Part shown: positions 36,501-46,809 of the stretch, piece after piece
Layout of the letters: each line of letters begins with the position of its first letter
Position numbering within the stretch: the stretch's first letter is position 1
Origin: Lophium mytilinum
Taxonomy: Eukaryota
Reading direction: 5' to 3'
Assembly: GCA_010093605.1 (NCBI GenBank)
Contig: MU004189.1
Coordinates: 124,001-177,581 of the forward strand
DNA: 53,581 bases
The notes under the pieces: generated by a model
What the model was told of the DNA's origin: nothing
Database searches by the model: none
The model's input: only the letters and a program-made list of their open reading frames with translations
Program-made: the position numbers and the translations under genes

Positions 36501-39500
36501 AGAGAAGCAAGAGTTCGACTTTACCAGCAAGAAGAAAGGAAAGAAGGGCAAGAAACAGCGTGGACAAAGCTATGACGAGGTTGCACAAGAGCCTCGTAAT
36601 GAGAAGCCTACCGAAGGTTCATCAACTGAAGACCGATTGCGCTCCGTGGCTGCGGGTACTGCGGCCTTGGGAATTTTAGGTCGTGAAATTTTGGAAAGTG
36701 CGAAGTCTAAGGATCAAGATGAAAAGGTCGTGGAAAAGGAGGAGGATGCATGGGAACCACAGCCAAAGAAGAAAGGCAAGAAAGGAAAGAATGGAACGAA
36801 AGAGGACGTGGAGGAAACGGCAAGATCACAGCCAGCAGAGATACCCGAGTGGGAAACCACAAGGGAAGAGGTCGTGGATACTGCACAAGAGATGCCAGTC
36901 GAGAAAGTACAGGTTGTCGAATCCAAGCAAGAGGTTGAGGAAGATGAGGAGTGGGGCGCGGTATCTACAAAGAAGGGCAAGAAAGGAAAGAAAGGCCGGA
37001 AGAACAGCCACCCCGTTCCAAGCCAATCGACGGCTGATGATCTGCCGGTGCCCGAGTCGTCAGCGATCCGGGTCGGCCAGCATCTCGTCGAAGACAATAC
37101 GCCAAGGAGTGTCCTACCAGAAACAGATCACACGCAAGAAGAGGAGGACACGCGAGAGGATCCACCCGTAGGCAAGCTTAAGAATGTATTCCCAGGAGTG
37201 GAAAGAATCAAACGGAGGGCACCTTCATTCCCTGTATCCGAGAAACAGCCAGAGGAGAAGCGTGTCCACCTCCCGGAATTGGCATCAGAAATCCTGGAAA
37301 GCTCAGAAAAGCCGAAGTTCGAGGTTCCAGCTGGGGAGACTCTCATCTCGCAAGAGTTAGCAGCGGAGACCACCCCACGAGACACCCACCTCAGGGTAGA
37401 CCCGAAAGAGCAATCTACCTTGACCAAATCTGCGAGTGCGCAGAGCCTGGCTGCTGTTCTAGAACCAACGTGGTCGTTCCCCCCAAATCGCGATAGTGCG
37501 GTGCATGTTTCCGATTCTCCACTTCTTCCGCCATCTCCATCATTCCATAGTGCGACCAGGGACAGCGGCTACCATGACACCCAGAGCCCTGTGATCCGCC
37601 AGGGCCACGACGCTTCCACTGAGAAATCTAGTTTGGCGCGAGAACTCCCTCAAGACACGCAGCCCCAGGATCAATACCTGGAGGCTCGCACAGACAAGCC
37701 AATGGAGAATGCTCGGGATGCCTCCGATTCCCAGGCTTCTGCGTATCCAAGCACAGCCACCAGCTCTTCCGACCCCCTCCGAGTCTCTGTAGAAGCTGGT
37801 TCCGACTGGGACGTGTCGGTAGCAAACGCCCGCTCTTCCGAGCGAAGCGGCGTGACTGCAACTGGAACAAATGACATGGAGTCTTCACGCGAATTAACAG
37901 GCCGGTCAAGAAGCCCGTCTCTGCCAGATATGGAGGACACTGGAGGTATGCTATCCTCTCCCTCCCCAGTTGATCCTGCATCCAAAGAGCGCACATCGGT
38001 TTTGTTTCAGTCCTCGCCATTAGTTCGTGACTTGCTCGATCAACTTGCTGAGTCACCATCTACAGAGCGCGCTCGAAGCCGCCATCTCTCGGCGAGCCCA
38101 TCTCCCACGCCAACGAGAGGACCTCGGACTAGACACGTGGAAGAACGAACGACCACAAGCCATTCAGACTCTCCTAGCCTGCAACCACCGGAGACTGTCC
38201 GATCTCTTTTCGGCGACCCAGCCGCGAGCAGAGAAGCTGGTAGCTCTCACAAATCAGTCGAGTCTCCGGCAACACCGCAGTACTCAACTCCTTCGAATAA
38301 CGTCTCGTCAATTGCCGCTCAGCTCCACACAATCACAGAGAATAGTCCCGATGATTCTCCTCTCAGCAAGAAGAGCCGCGCTATTCACGATGTCGGCGCC
38401 CCAGATCGAGGAGTCAAGTCAGCTAGACGTTCTGGAACTCCAAAGTCATTCCACGAACGCCTGAAGTCTCCACCTCCTGATGCTGCCCCAAAGACGCCAC
38501 TGAGTAGAGGACACCAAGCACCGAAAACTCCTCACTCCACGGACGACCCACTGTCGCGACTACCATGGCCATCTGTGGACGCAGAAAACGATGCCATCGA
38601 TCGAGGCATGACACTCAGCCCAGCACGACGCCTGCCCCACGACCAGCGTTCACCACCTGTCAATGTTGACCCCACGAAGCGTCGGCCTAGTGGCACACTC
38701 TCACCGAGCGTTCCAAGTGACCGTTCAGGCGGCGACCGCTCGGCAGGCAGCATCACTCGATTCAAGACACCCGACCATCTGCGGCCTCACAGCGCAGCCA
38801 GCAACCGGTCAGCCACTCCGCCATTGCGACGAGTGGATCGTCAGGTGTCGGGTGACCTGCGGGCGGCATCGCGGCTTGGCGGGGTCCATGCGTTGGGCGC
38901 TAAAATCCCGTCACCACAACAATCAGACGTCTCCATCCCCGGACCGTCAACATACGACCCGCGCAAGGACAAGGGCAAAGCCCGCGCCCGAGACATGGAC
39001 GATGTCTACGTAAGTTGTTTATTCCATTATTGATGCATTCTCGATGATCAGAGATGGCTAACGCTTGTCACAGGAGGCTTGGGGCGAGGCGCAAGGGTCG
39101 CCACTGTCTCCCACGCGACCGCCCAGCGTGCGCAAACGTCAAAGCATGCACATCATGGACCTTCAATCACGCGTCGAACAGCTCGCAGGGGAGAACCGTT
39201 CTCTTCAAGATGCGAGAGCCCAAGCCGAGGAAGAAATCCAGGCCGCCCAGTATCAGCGCCAGGTCGACACTCAAGTTATGACCGAGGCTGTCGAAGCACG
39301 TGACCGCTCGATTCGCGAGAAGGACATCGAGATTGCGCAGATCCAGGACACCCTTCGCGCATTGCAGCAAGAGGTCTCCCGACTCACTGAAGCACACGGC
39401 AGTCTCACCGCAACCAACAAGAACCTCATCGACGACACCAATTCCCGCTTCGCACAGCTCCAAAGCGAAGGCCAGCTGGTGCACGATCAATGGCAACAGT

Positions 39501-40699
39501 CTTCCCGAGAGCTCGAAGAGGCGCGCGCACAGCATGCCCAACTCAGCTCTGGCATGGAGGATGTCGTGCGCCATGAAATCGCACTCGCCCTAGATGACCG
39601 CAACGCAGAAATCTCGCGTCTCAACGAAGAGTTGAATACTGCTAGGGAGCAGATCCGGAGCTTGCAACGACAAATTCTTGCCTCAAAGCAAGGCGACAGC
39701 TTCCTCGTTGTTCGGGACGAGGACTACTTCGACAGCGCATGCCAAAAACTCTGCCAACACGTGCAGCAATGGGTGCTGAGATTCTCAAAGTTCTCCGATC
39801 AGAAACACTGCAAGCTGTCCTCCGAGCTTAATAACGAAAAGATCGAAACTCGACTCGACAATGCTATTCTGGATGGCTCCGACGTTGACATGCTGCTTGC
39901 AGACCGTGTCAAGCGCCGCGATGTGTTCATGTCGGTCGTCATGACTATGATCTGGGAGTACGTGTTCACGCGTTACTTGTTCGGCATGGACCGTGAACAG
40001 CGCCAGAAACTTAAATCACTAGAAAAGACTTTGAATGAAGTTGGTAAGTTTTTGCGGTCACACGTTTCAACGTAGTGCCCATCTAATACGTTCTTAGGTC
40101 CTACTCGAGCAGTGGCTCAATGGCGTGCGATTACGCTCACGCTGCTTGCTAAACGAGATGCATTCCAGCAGCAGCGTGGCCAAGATACTGAAGCAGTCGT
40201 TCAGGAAATATTCGGCACGCTCGCGTCGCTACTTCCACCTCCATCACATCTTCAGTCACAGATCCAGGAGTCTCTACGCAACGTAATGCGCCTGGCTGTA
40301 GAGCTTTCCATTGAGATGCGAACCCAGAGGGCGGAGTACATCATGCTACCGCCACTTCAACCAGAGTACGACACGAACGGAGATCTCGTGGCCAAAGTCA
40401 CCTTCAACGCATCGCTCATGAACGAGCGGAGCGGCGAAATCAAATCAAACGACGATCTCGAGGCACGCGGAGCAGTCGTCAAAATTGTCCTATTCCCATT
40501 GGTGGTGAAGAAGGGAGATGATTACGGAGAAGGCGAGGACGAGATTGTGGTCTGTCCTGCGCAGGTGTTGGTAGCGAAGCCTGCGACGAACAAGAAGGTC
40601 GTGAGGGTAATGAGCGGTGCAATGGATATTGACAGTCGGCATAGCCGGTCGGCGCAGAGCTTGGTTCCGGAAAGCATGGATACTAGTAATTTCGTATAG
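12511..40699 (+). CDS. lah: Leashin / Lah Woronin body tether ('involucrin repeat protein'), ~9,356 aa including the N-gap; exons 12511-39009, 39074-40043, 40098-40699
   Basis: Introns 39010-39073 (GTAAGT..GCTAAC..CAG) and 40044-40097 (GTAAGT..TCTAAT..TAG) join three ORFs in frame. The N-terminal block FVDWWKDYEDVRKMEEYTEYIGVCRECFDP, a very long acidic/Pro-rich middle with poly-Lys motifs, and the C-terminal coiled coil plus VRDEDYFDSACQKLCQHVQQWVLRFSKFSD..MTMIWEYVFTRYLFGMDREQRQKLKSLE..EMRTQRAEYIMLPPLQPEYD match the Pezizomycotina leashin layout as I recall it. Confidence 0.88.
19270..19647 (+). repeat. Four ~31-aa (~93 bp) coding repeats DDDTRSxxSEDRYDENGERKKRHHRR within leashin
   Basis: Directly visible in the translation; synonymous positions differ between copies. 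Confidence 0.9.
24067..24171. other. Assembly gap (105 N)
   Basis: Run of N; an identical 33-mer gctgctgatacaaagcctgagcttcctgttgaa lies on both sides (24034-24066, 24172-24204). Confidence 0.98.
26581..27035 (+). repeat. Seven tandem 24-aa (72 bp; one 54 bp) repeats DxREQEPSEIPLPVDEP within leashin
   Basis: Unit cores start at about 26584, 26656, 26728, 26782, 26854, 26926 and 26998. Confidence 0.92.
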
Positions 40700-41734
40700 A
40701 TGGGAAAGCGAGTGCATAGGTCTTTGGGCTGGATTTCGGGTTTTTGGCGGCATACTTTCTTTTTTTTGGGTTGGCTGGTTTTCGGAGTCCAGGATACCTT
40801 TACGAATTTCCTTTTGTGTCTTCCTTATTTGTCTGCTTTTGCGAAGCTATAGGCTAGTTCGATGGTATTGAGATTGTGCATGTATTAGATAGAGTCTGTA
40901 TAGTTTGAAAAGCGTTTGATTGCTCTATCTCTGCTACCTTCAATGAGTCGTGGTCCACTCGCATAGCCTACATGGCGCTGCTCTGACGTCGAGCACTATA
41001 AGAAGCCGTGATCAGCTTCAAAAGCAATTCATGACATAGCTTCTCTATTCTGGTTGAGAAGTTGGAGGGCTTCAGGCAGTAGTGTCCACGTTTCAGATGT
41101 TTCTTATTTCTGCATGTGCAGTTCACGATGCCGAGATGATGACTTGGAGGTCCGACTTTCGACGATGAGCTGCAGGACCTCGGACAGTAGTAACAAATTC
41201 CTGAATACTTGTTGAATCGCGACGTCCGGTCAATGATGTGTGAAAAGCTTCTTCGAGTTCGCAGTGTTGATAGTGAGGTGGGGCGGTTCAGATAGTAGCG
41301 ACAGGGTGCCGAGTGTTTCGTATTTTGCGGCATCCGATTAATGGCCTGGAAGTTATCACATAGAATGCCTACTCCTGGTGGTAAGCGGGAGGTTTTCAAA
41401 CAGTGGTCTCGGCATCCGACACACTTACTCTTTTGCGATGCCAACTTACGCTATGAAGATCACTATGCTTCATTCCAACATCCGTGGATGAACTGGAGGA
41501 TTTCAGGCAGTGGCAATTATTGTGAAGGGAAAAGGCAGATCCCGACGATTTAACATTCTGAACAAAAGTATACCTTCGAGTCTAGTAACCCCCCCTAAGA
41601 TAGCCCCTGAAGTAGTTCATTAAACAATACTAGTACGCCAGAAATCACCTGCTCGTTGCCACCTTAATGAGTTAACGCTTCGTCGCAGAGCCAGCATCAA
41701 CGCCATGCCTCAGAGCCTTGGAACCGATAGCAGC

Positions 41735-42983
41735 CTAGTCTTCTTCATTCGTAACGTCATCTAGATCGTCTTCCGAACATGAGCGCGAAAAGTCAGTGTT
41801 CTGCGCGTTCGACGATCCTTTGGAGGTAGAATTAGCTAGTGCACCATGTTAACCGATTCGTAGTCTTCATCTTACCGTTCCTGGCGGCCCTTGGGCTGCC
41901 CTTCCGAACTGGAGGATCATCAGGAGTGTCCTAATTTTGTTCCTCTGTTCTGAAAGGTATTAGTAAAACGTGGGTCAAGACCATGGAAATACGAACCCTG
42001 CTCTCGACCTTCCCGACGGGTACTTCCATGCTGTCGACCTTCCTGGCAGTACCTTCCCCGTAAATGACCTCATAAGCCTATTAAGCGTCTTCGAGTCGAT
42101 GTCGAATTCTCCACCGAATTGCGTGATAAGCTCACGTAATGCCTTCCTCCTCCGGCGATAGATGGAGTGGAGTGATGTATCGCCTCCTAAGCTAGTGGTT
42201 ATGTCCATGAGCTTTTGCGGACTGCAGAAAAGGAGCACATAGAGAATGCTAGCTTTACAGTAAAGCATGTTGGGAGCTGCTTCGATCAGTTCAACGGCTT
42301 CTTCTCGAAGTGTTCTGCGAGCGGAGTCATCTTCCCCCAACGCGGCGACAGCTAATCGCTCCGCGTGCTCAGCGGCATCGCAGACGTCGAGTGGATGCCT
42401 GCCCATCGTCTCGGCGAACCAAGGAAGATCGAGCTCGAGGCACTGCGAGCCTTTTGGGATAGTTGGGGGGTAGTATTTGATAGAGATTCCGGAAAGGCAT
42501 CTTGGTAGGGGCGACTCAAAGTTCTCGATCATCCAGTCGGCGGCTGTAGCCATGGCGTCTTCTACACAAGCAAAACCGTCGTGGACAGCGAGCTGTTCCG
42601 AAACTTCATCGGCGTATGTAATGGGATTCTGGTTCGTCATGGGTCGCCTCATCGGATAGGGTTCGCCAATTCACCCAGTCGCGATCCTTCTGGCTTTTCC
42701 GAATGATTCTCTCGAGAAGCGATGTGAGGGCGGCCCGGAATTTGGGGTCGAACTTGGCACTCTCGCTTCTCTCTTCTACGTACCTCTCCTGGTAGCTTTT
42801 GCGTTGCATCTTCAGGGCCTCTTGATACTTTGGATCCTGTGCCGCTTTCCTCTTCTGCTGTTCTCTGTACTTCTTCTGGTACTTCTTCTGGTATTTCTTC
42901 TCGTTCGATAGAGCATCTTGTTCGGAATCGTTAGAATGGTTGGAATCCGTTAAATCATTTGGTACGTTGCCTTCATGCATCAT
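41735..42983 (-). pseudogene. Hypothetical orphan gene, probably spliced and possibly disabled
   Basis: ORFs 42983-42606 and 42652-41975 join in frame through a candidate intron 42674-42629 (GTGAAT..CAG, weak branch). Further candidate introns 41996-41950 (GTTCGT..ACTAAT..CAG) and 41875-41818 (GTAAGA..GCTAAT..AAG) extend the frame to a stop at 41735, with an in-frame TAG at 41933-41931. No recognised domain. Confidence 0.4.
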
Positions 42984-43354
42984 TAGTGCTTTGCTGCGTT
43001 AGCCACTCTCTGGAGGTTAATTGCGTATATGATTAGGAGCAGACGCAGTGCTATTCTAGTACTTCGTGACAGACTGGTATGCACAGCAACCAAAGCAGCC
43101 ACCCCTGGAAGTCCTAGCAGCCGTTCTGGATGTAGGTAGCCAGTGGTTGACGAAGGTGCAGTAGCCAGTGGGTGAGGAGTGGAGGAAGTTAACGTTGGGT
43201 ATATAGTGGCGCCAAGCCTACTGTCCAATTAGGACTAGCGCGGCAATCGCGCCCGTGTCGACAAGCGTCCCGGCGTACCCCTGGCGCGCTCTCCGACTTT
43301 CTAAGGAGCACCATCGACACCAATACAATCAGAGTAACACCACCTAGCAGAAGG

Positions 43355-46300
43355 ATGCCAGGGCCTCTCGAGGCGATGGCTCAACGGGACTTTCATCACC
43401 CATACCAGCCGTATGAGATTCAGAAAGAGTTCATGAACGCACTGTATGATTGTATAGAGAGTGGCAAAGTCGGTATATTTGAGTCGCCTACTGGTACGTA
43501 GATCCTGGGTACAAGACATTAATATAGGTCCAATGGCTAAAGTTTGACTTAGGGACGGTAAGCCATATTCCACTCTGGCTATCATTTTTTCCTCGTTTGC
43601 TCATTGCTCGTCCGATTCACTACGTCAATCAGCATCAATTGTACAGACCGACAAGAGCTTCATCGGCATCCGCATGTCAAACATTTTCATTCTTTTCCAG
43701 TACTGAGTTCACTAGGGTAAATCTTTGAGCCTCATTTGCGGCTCCTTGACGTGGCTTCGAGATCACAAACGAAAGACATTTCAAGACGGGTTGAATGAAA
43801 TTGTTGGTAAGTTCTCCTACCTTCCTATCATGATGAGGAGCAGATTCTAAAACTGCTCAGATGATGATGAACCCGAGTGGATGAATGAGTATGTTCGGCG
43901 GGAGAAGAAGCAAGCCGCACTTCGTAACCGAGCGGACTTGGAAAGCCGGCTTGAAAAGATACGAGCAAAAGAGAAAAAGATCAAGGAGAAGTACGAGAAA
44001 GGAGAGCCACCGGCTAAGCGACAGGCGCGTCCACCAACCCCTGAGTAGCGGCGTTTCTAATGTATCTAGAGAGTAGCAACTACTGCGACCGACGAAGATG
44101 CCGATGAAGCGCAGTTCCTTCTCGACGACTATGAAAGTGACAATCAGTCGAGCACAAAGTTGCACGATGGCTCTCATTACACCGGATTATCAGCAGAGAC
44201 TCGTGCCCTCATGGAGCAGATAAACTCTTCCCTTGGTGACAAGGACGAGGCAACGGACGACCTTCCCGACGAGCTTAAGATTTTCTACTGTTCCAGGACA
44301 CATTCCCAACTCACTCAGTTCTCAAGTGAGTTGAAGCGCGTCAAGATGCCACCAGCTATAGACCCTGAGGATGGACACGAAACCAGTTGTAGTGGCGATA
44401 ATCCGTCAGCTGCAACGGAGGAATTCAAGCACCTCACGCTGGGCTCTCGAAAAAATCTCTGCATCAATCCAAAGGTGAAAAGTCTCGGCAATGCCACTGC
44501 TATCAACGAGCGATGTTTAGATCTACAAAAGTCGGGGGTTTCGGTTGAACGCAAGTGCGCTTTTCTCCCAACCAAAGAAACGGAGGCAGTTGTCAACGAC
44601 TTTCGAGACCATGCTCTAGCCAAAATACGAGATATCGAGGATCTTGGAGTTCTAGGCAAGAAGCTAGGCATTTGCCCATACTATTCTTCGAGACCCGCGA
44701 TAAAGCCATGCGAAGTAAGATCTTGCTAGCACGCCTATAAAATTGACGCGCTGACCCCCACAGATCGTGACTCTGCCATATCCACTTCTCTTACAGAAAT
44801 CCGCACGAGAAGCTCTAAATATCTCTCTGGCCGGCCATGTTATCATCATAGACGAAGCGCATAACCTCATGGACGCTATTGCCGGAATCAACTCTATTAC
44901 GGTTTCGCTTGCGCAACTCCGACGCTCGAGAGAGCAACTTACGGTCTACTTACGGAAGTTTCAAAATAAACTGAAAGGAAAGAACAGGGTCTACGTCACA
45001 CAGACAGTCCGTCTACTGGACTCCTTGATCCACTATTTGCTTGGGAAGAGCACCAATGCCGAGGCTGATGGAATAGCCAATATTGGCGACTTGATGGCTG
45101 GCAAGGGCGTCGATCAGATCGATCTCTTCAAACTCACACTCTATCTAAAAGAGAGCAAACTAGCTCGAAAGGTGGATGGTTACATTGCGCAAGTTGAGAC
45201 TCGGGACGCACCAGCTGCGGGCATGAAAGCGCAGTCCTCCAGGAATCTTCTCTCAGGAACCAAAGATTCAGTTCCTACTCTAACACACCTGCAAAACTTC
45301 TTTCTAGCTCTAATGAACCCGTCCAAGGAAGGGCAGTTCTTCTTCTCGAAGGAGGCCTCGCCCGACTCACTCACTCTTAAGTACGTGCTTCTTGACCCAA
45401 CGATGCACTTCAAGGAGATCGTCGATGAAGCCAGAGCTGTCATTCTCGCAGGCGGTACAATGTCTCCGGTATGTACAGTTATCATCAAGACTAATTCTAA
45501 ACTTCTTTCTGACTATTTTAAAGATGGAAGATTACTCGAGACAGCTCTTTTCGTACGTAGAGCCATCGCGCGTCATGACTCTTTCGTGTGGCCATGTTAT
45601 ACCTCCATCTCAGCTCCTAGCATGTCCTATCGTCTCTGGCGCGGATGGTTCACCATTCGACTTCACGTTTGGGAAACGAGATTCTGACAAAACGGTACAC
45701 TCTCCGAGGGAAACTTGATTACCAAGCTAACGCAAAATTTAGCTGCTCAACTTAGGCCTTTCCCTACTCTCGTTCGTCCAGCACATACCCGATGGCGTCG
45801 TCGTCTTCTTCCCTAGCTACGCTTACCTCGACAAATGCGTTGCGGCGTGGAAACGTCTGAAACTACCATCGAAACCAGGCTCTGAACCTAATCTGCTCTG
45901 GGATGCGCTGGGCGCTACCAAGCCTGTATTCATGGAACAGCGAAGCCAGACTCAGTCAGCTTCAAAGCCTTCGGTCGTCCCAAATGCAACGGTTGACTCC
46001 GTCCTATCTGCCTACAGCAACGCCGTTGCAGCCGGGAACGGCCGCGGTGCTCTTCTTCTATCCGTCATTGGCGGAAGTCTCTCGGAAGGCATCAACTTTA
46101 GCGACGCTCTAGGTCGTGGCGTTGTCGTGGTCGGCCTACCGTTTCCCAACCCCCATACTGCCGAATGGAAGGCCAAGATGGCTTACATTAGGAGCAAAGC
46201 AACAAGCTGGGGACAGAACGGAGATGTGGCAGTGCGGGAATTTTACGAGAACATTTGCATGAGGGCTGTCAATCAGTGCGTGGGTCGAGCGATCAGACAT

Positions 46301-46459
46301 CTGGGTGATTATGCCGTGATTCTGATGCTGGACGGACGGTACGGAGAGAAGCGCATACAGTCGAAGCTGCCGGGATGGATTCGAGGAAGTTTGTTACCCA
46401 CCGCTTCAATGGGTGAGTTGACTGGAAGACTTGATCGGTTCTTCGAGTCGCAGAAGTGA
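43355..46459 (+). CDS. CHL1: ATP-dependent Fe-S DNA helicase Chl1/DDX11; exons 43355-43493, 43553-43557, 43716-43806, 43861-44024, 44070-44714, 44764-45468, 45524-45694, 45743-46459
   Basis: Q-motif [11 protein letters not shown], Walker [25 protein letters not shown], Fe-S cysteines (NLCIN, ERCLD, KCAF, ICPYY), [39 protein letters not shown]. The start is either ATG 43355 or the in-frame ATG 43376. Confidence 0.93.
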
Positions 46460-46754
46460 GCGCTGTCCAATATGATATAGACTTGACAATTGCATCTTGG
46501 TACTTCGTTGCTTGGGGGTGTTTAGCGGTCTCGGTGAGGGCGGAGAGACTGAGTCGTGATCTAGCAGAATAGAAAAACCCTTCTGCAACTCATTACAGTA
46601 TGGCATCCGTCGAGATTCGCAGCATGTTAGCCATCATGACATTTTGAAGTCCAAGTGCACGTGAATTTGAATCATTCTTCTTGATTGGCTGATTTATGTA
46701 TACTCCGCAATCGGAGGCGGTGGCTGGGAGGGGTGGCACAAAAAGTTATGCCTT

Positions 46755-46761
46755 TGAGTCA
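46755..46761 (+). promoter_or_regulatory. Gcn4/CpcA (cross-pathway control) element TGAGTCA
   Basis: Exact TGA(C/G)TCA about 50 bp upstream of the HIS7 ATG; histidine genes are established general-control targets in fungi. Confidence 0.6.
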
Positions 46762-46809
46762 ACCTTCAACCCTCAAACTCTTTCATTCCAACAACAACCT
46801 TCCCCCAAA

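Larger units (their letters stand above)
21478..37003 (+). repeat. Dispersed coding repeat array: acidic/Pro spacer + (D/E)xx(W/F)...KKxKKGKK motif, several dozen copies
   Basis: Examples: DEWAAPISKKDKKGKKGK, EDDWAPTTSKKGKKGKK, PEFFTTSKKKGKKGKKGRQASVPSTP, DEEFPAFTxxKKSKKEKRKSKKG. Confidence 0.9.

Noticed and set aside
39065..40699. ORFs 39065-40075 and 40112-40699 as separate genes
   Set aside because: Non-ATG starts; canonical introns join them in frame to the giant ORF.
7939..40699. Functional cluster of a peroxisomal amine oxidase and the tether for peroxisome-derived Woronin bodies
   Set aside because: Only proximity supports it; RNA15 lies between them and no shared regulatory element is visible.
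43558..43715. Intronic snoRNA in the long second CHL1 intron
   Set aside because: No convincing box C (RTGATGA) with terminal stem and no H/ACA layout seen.
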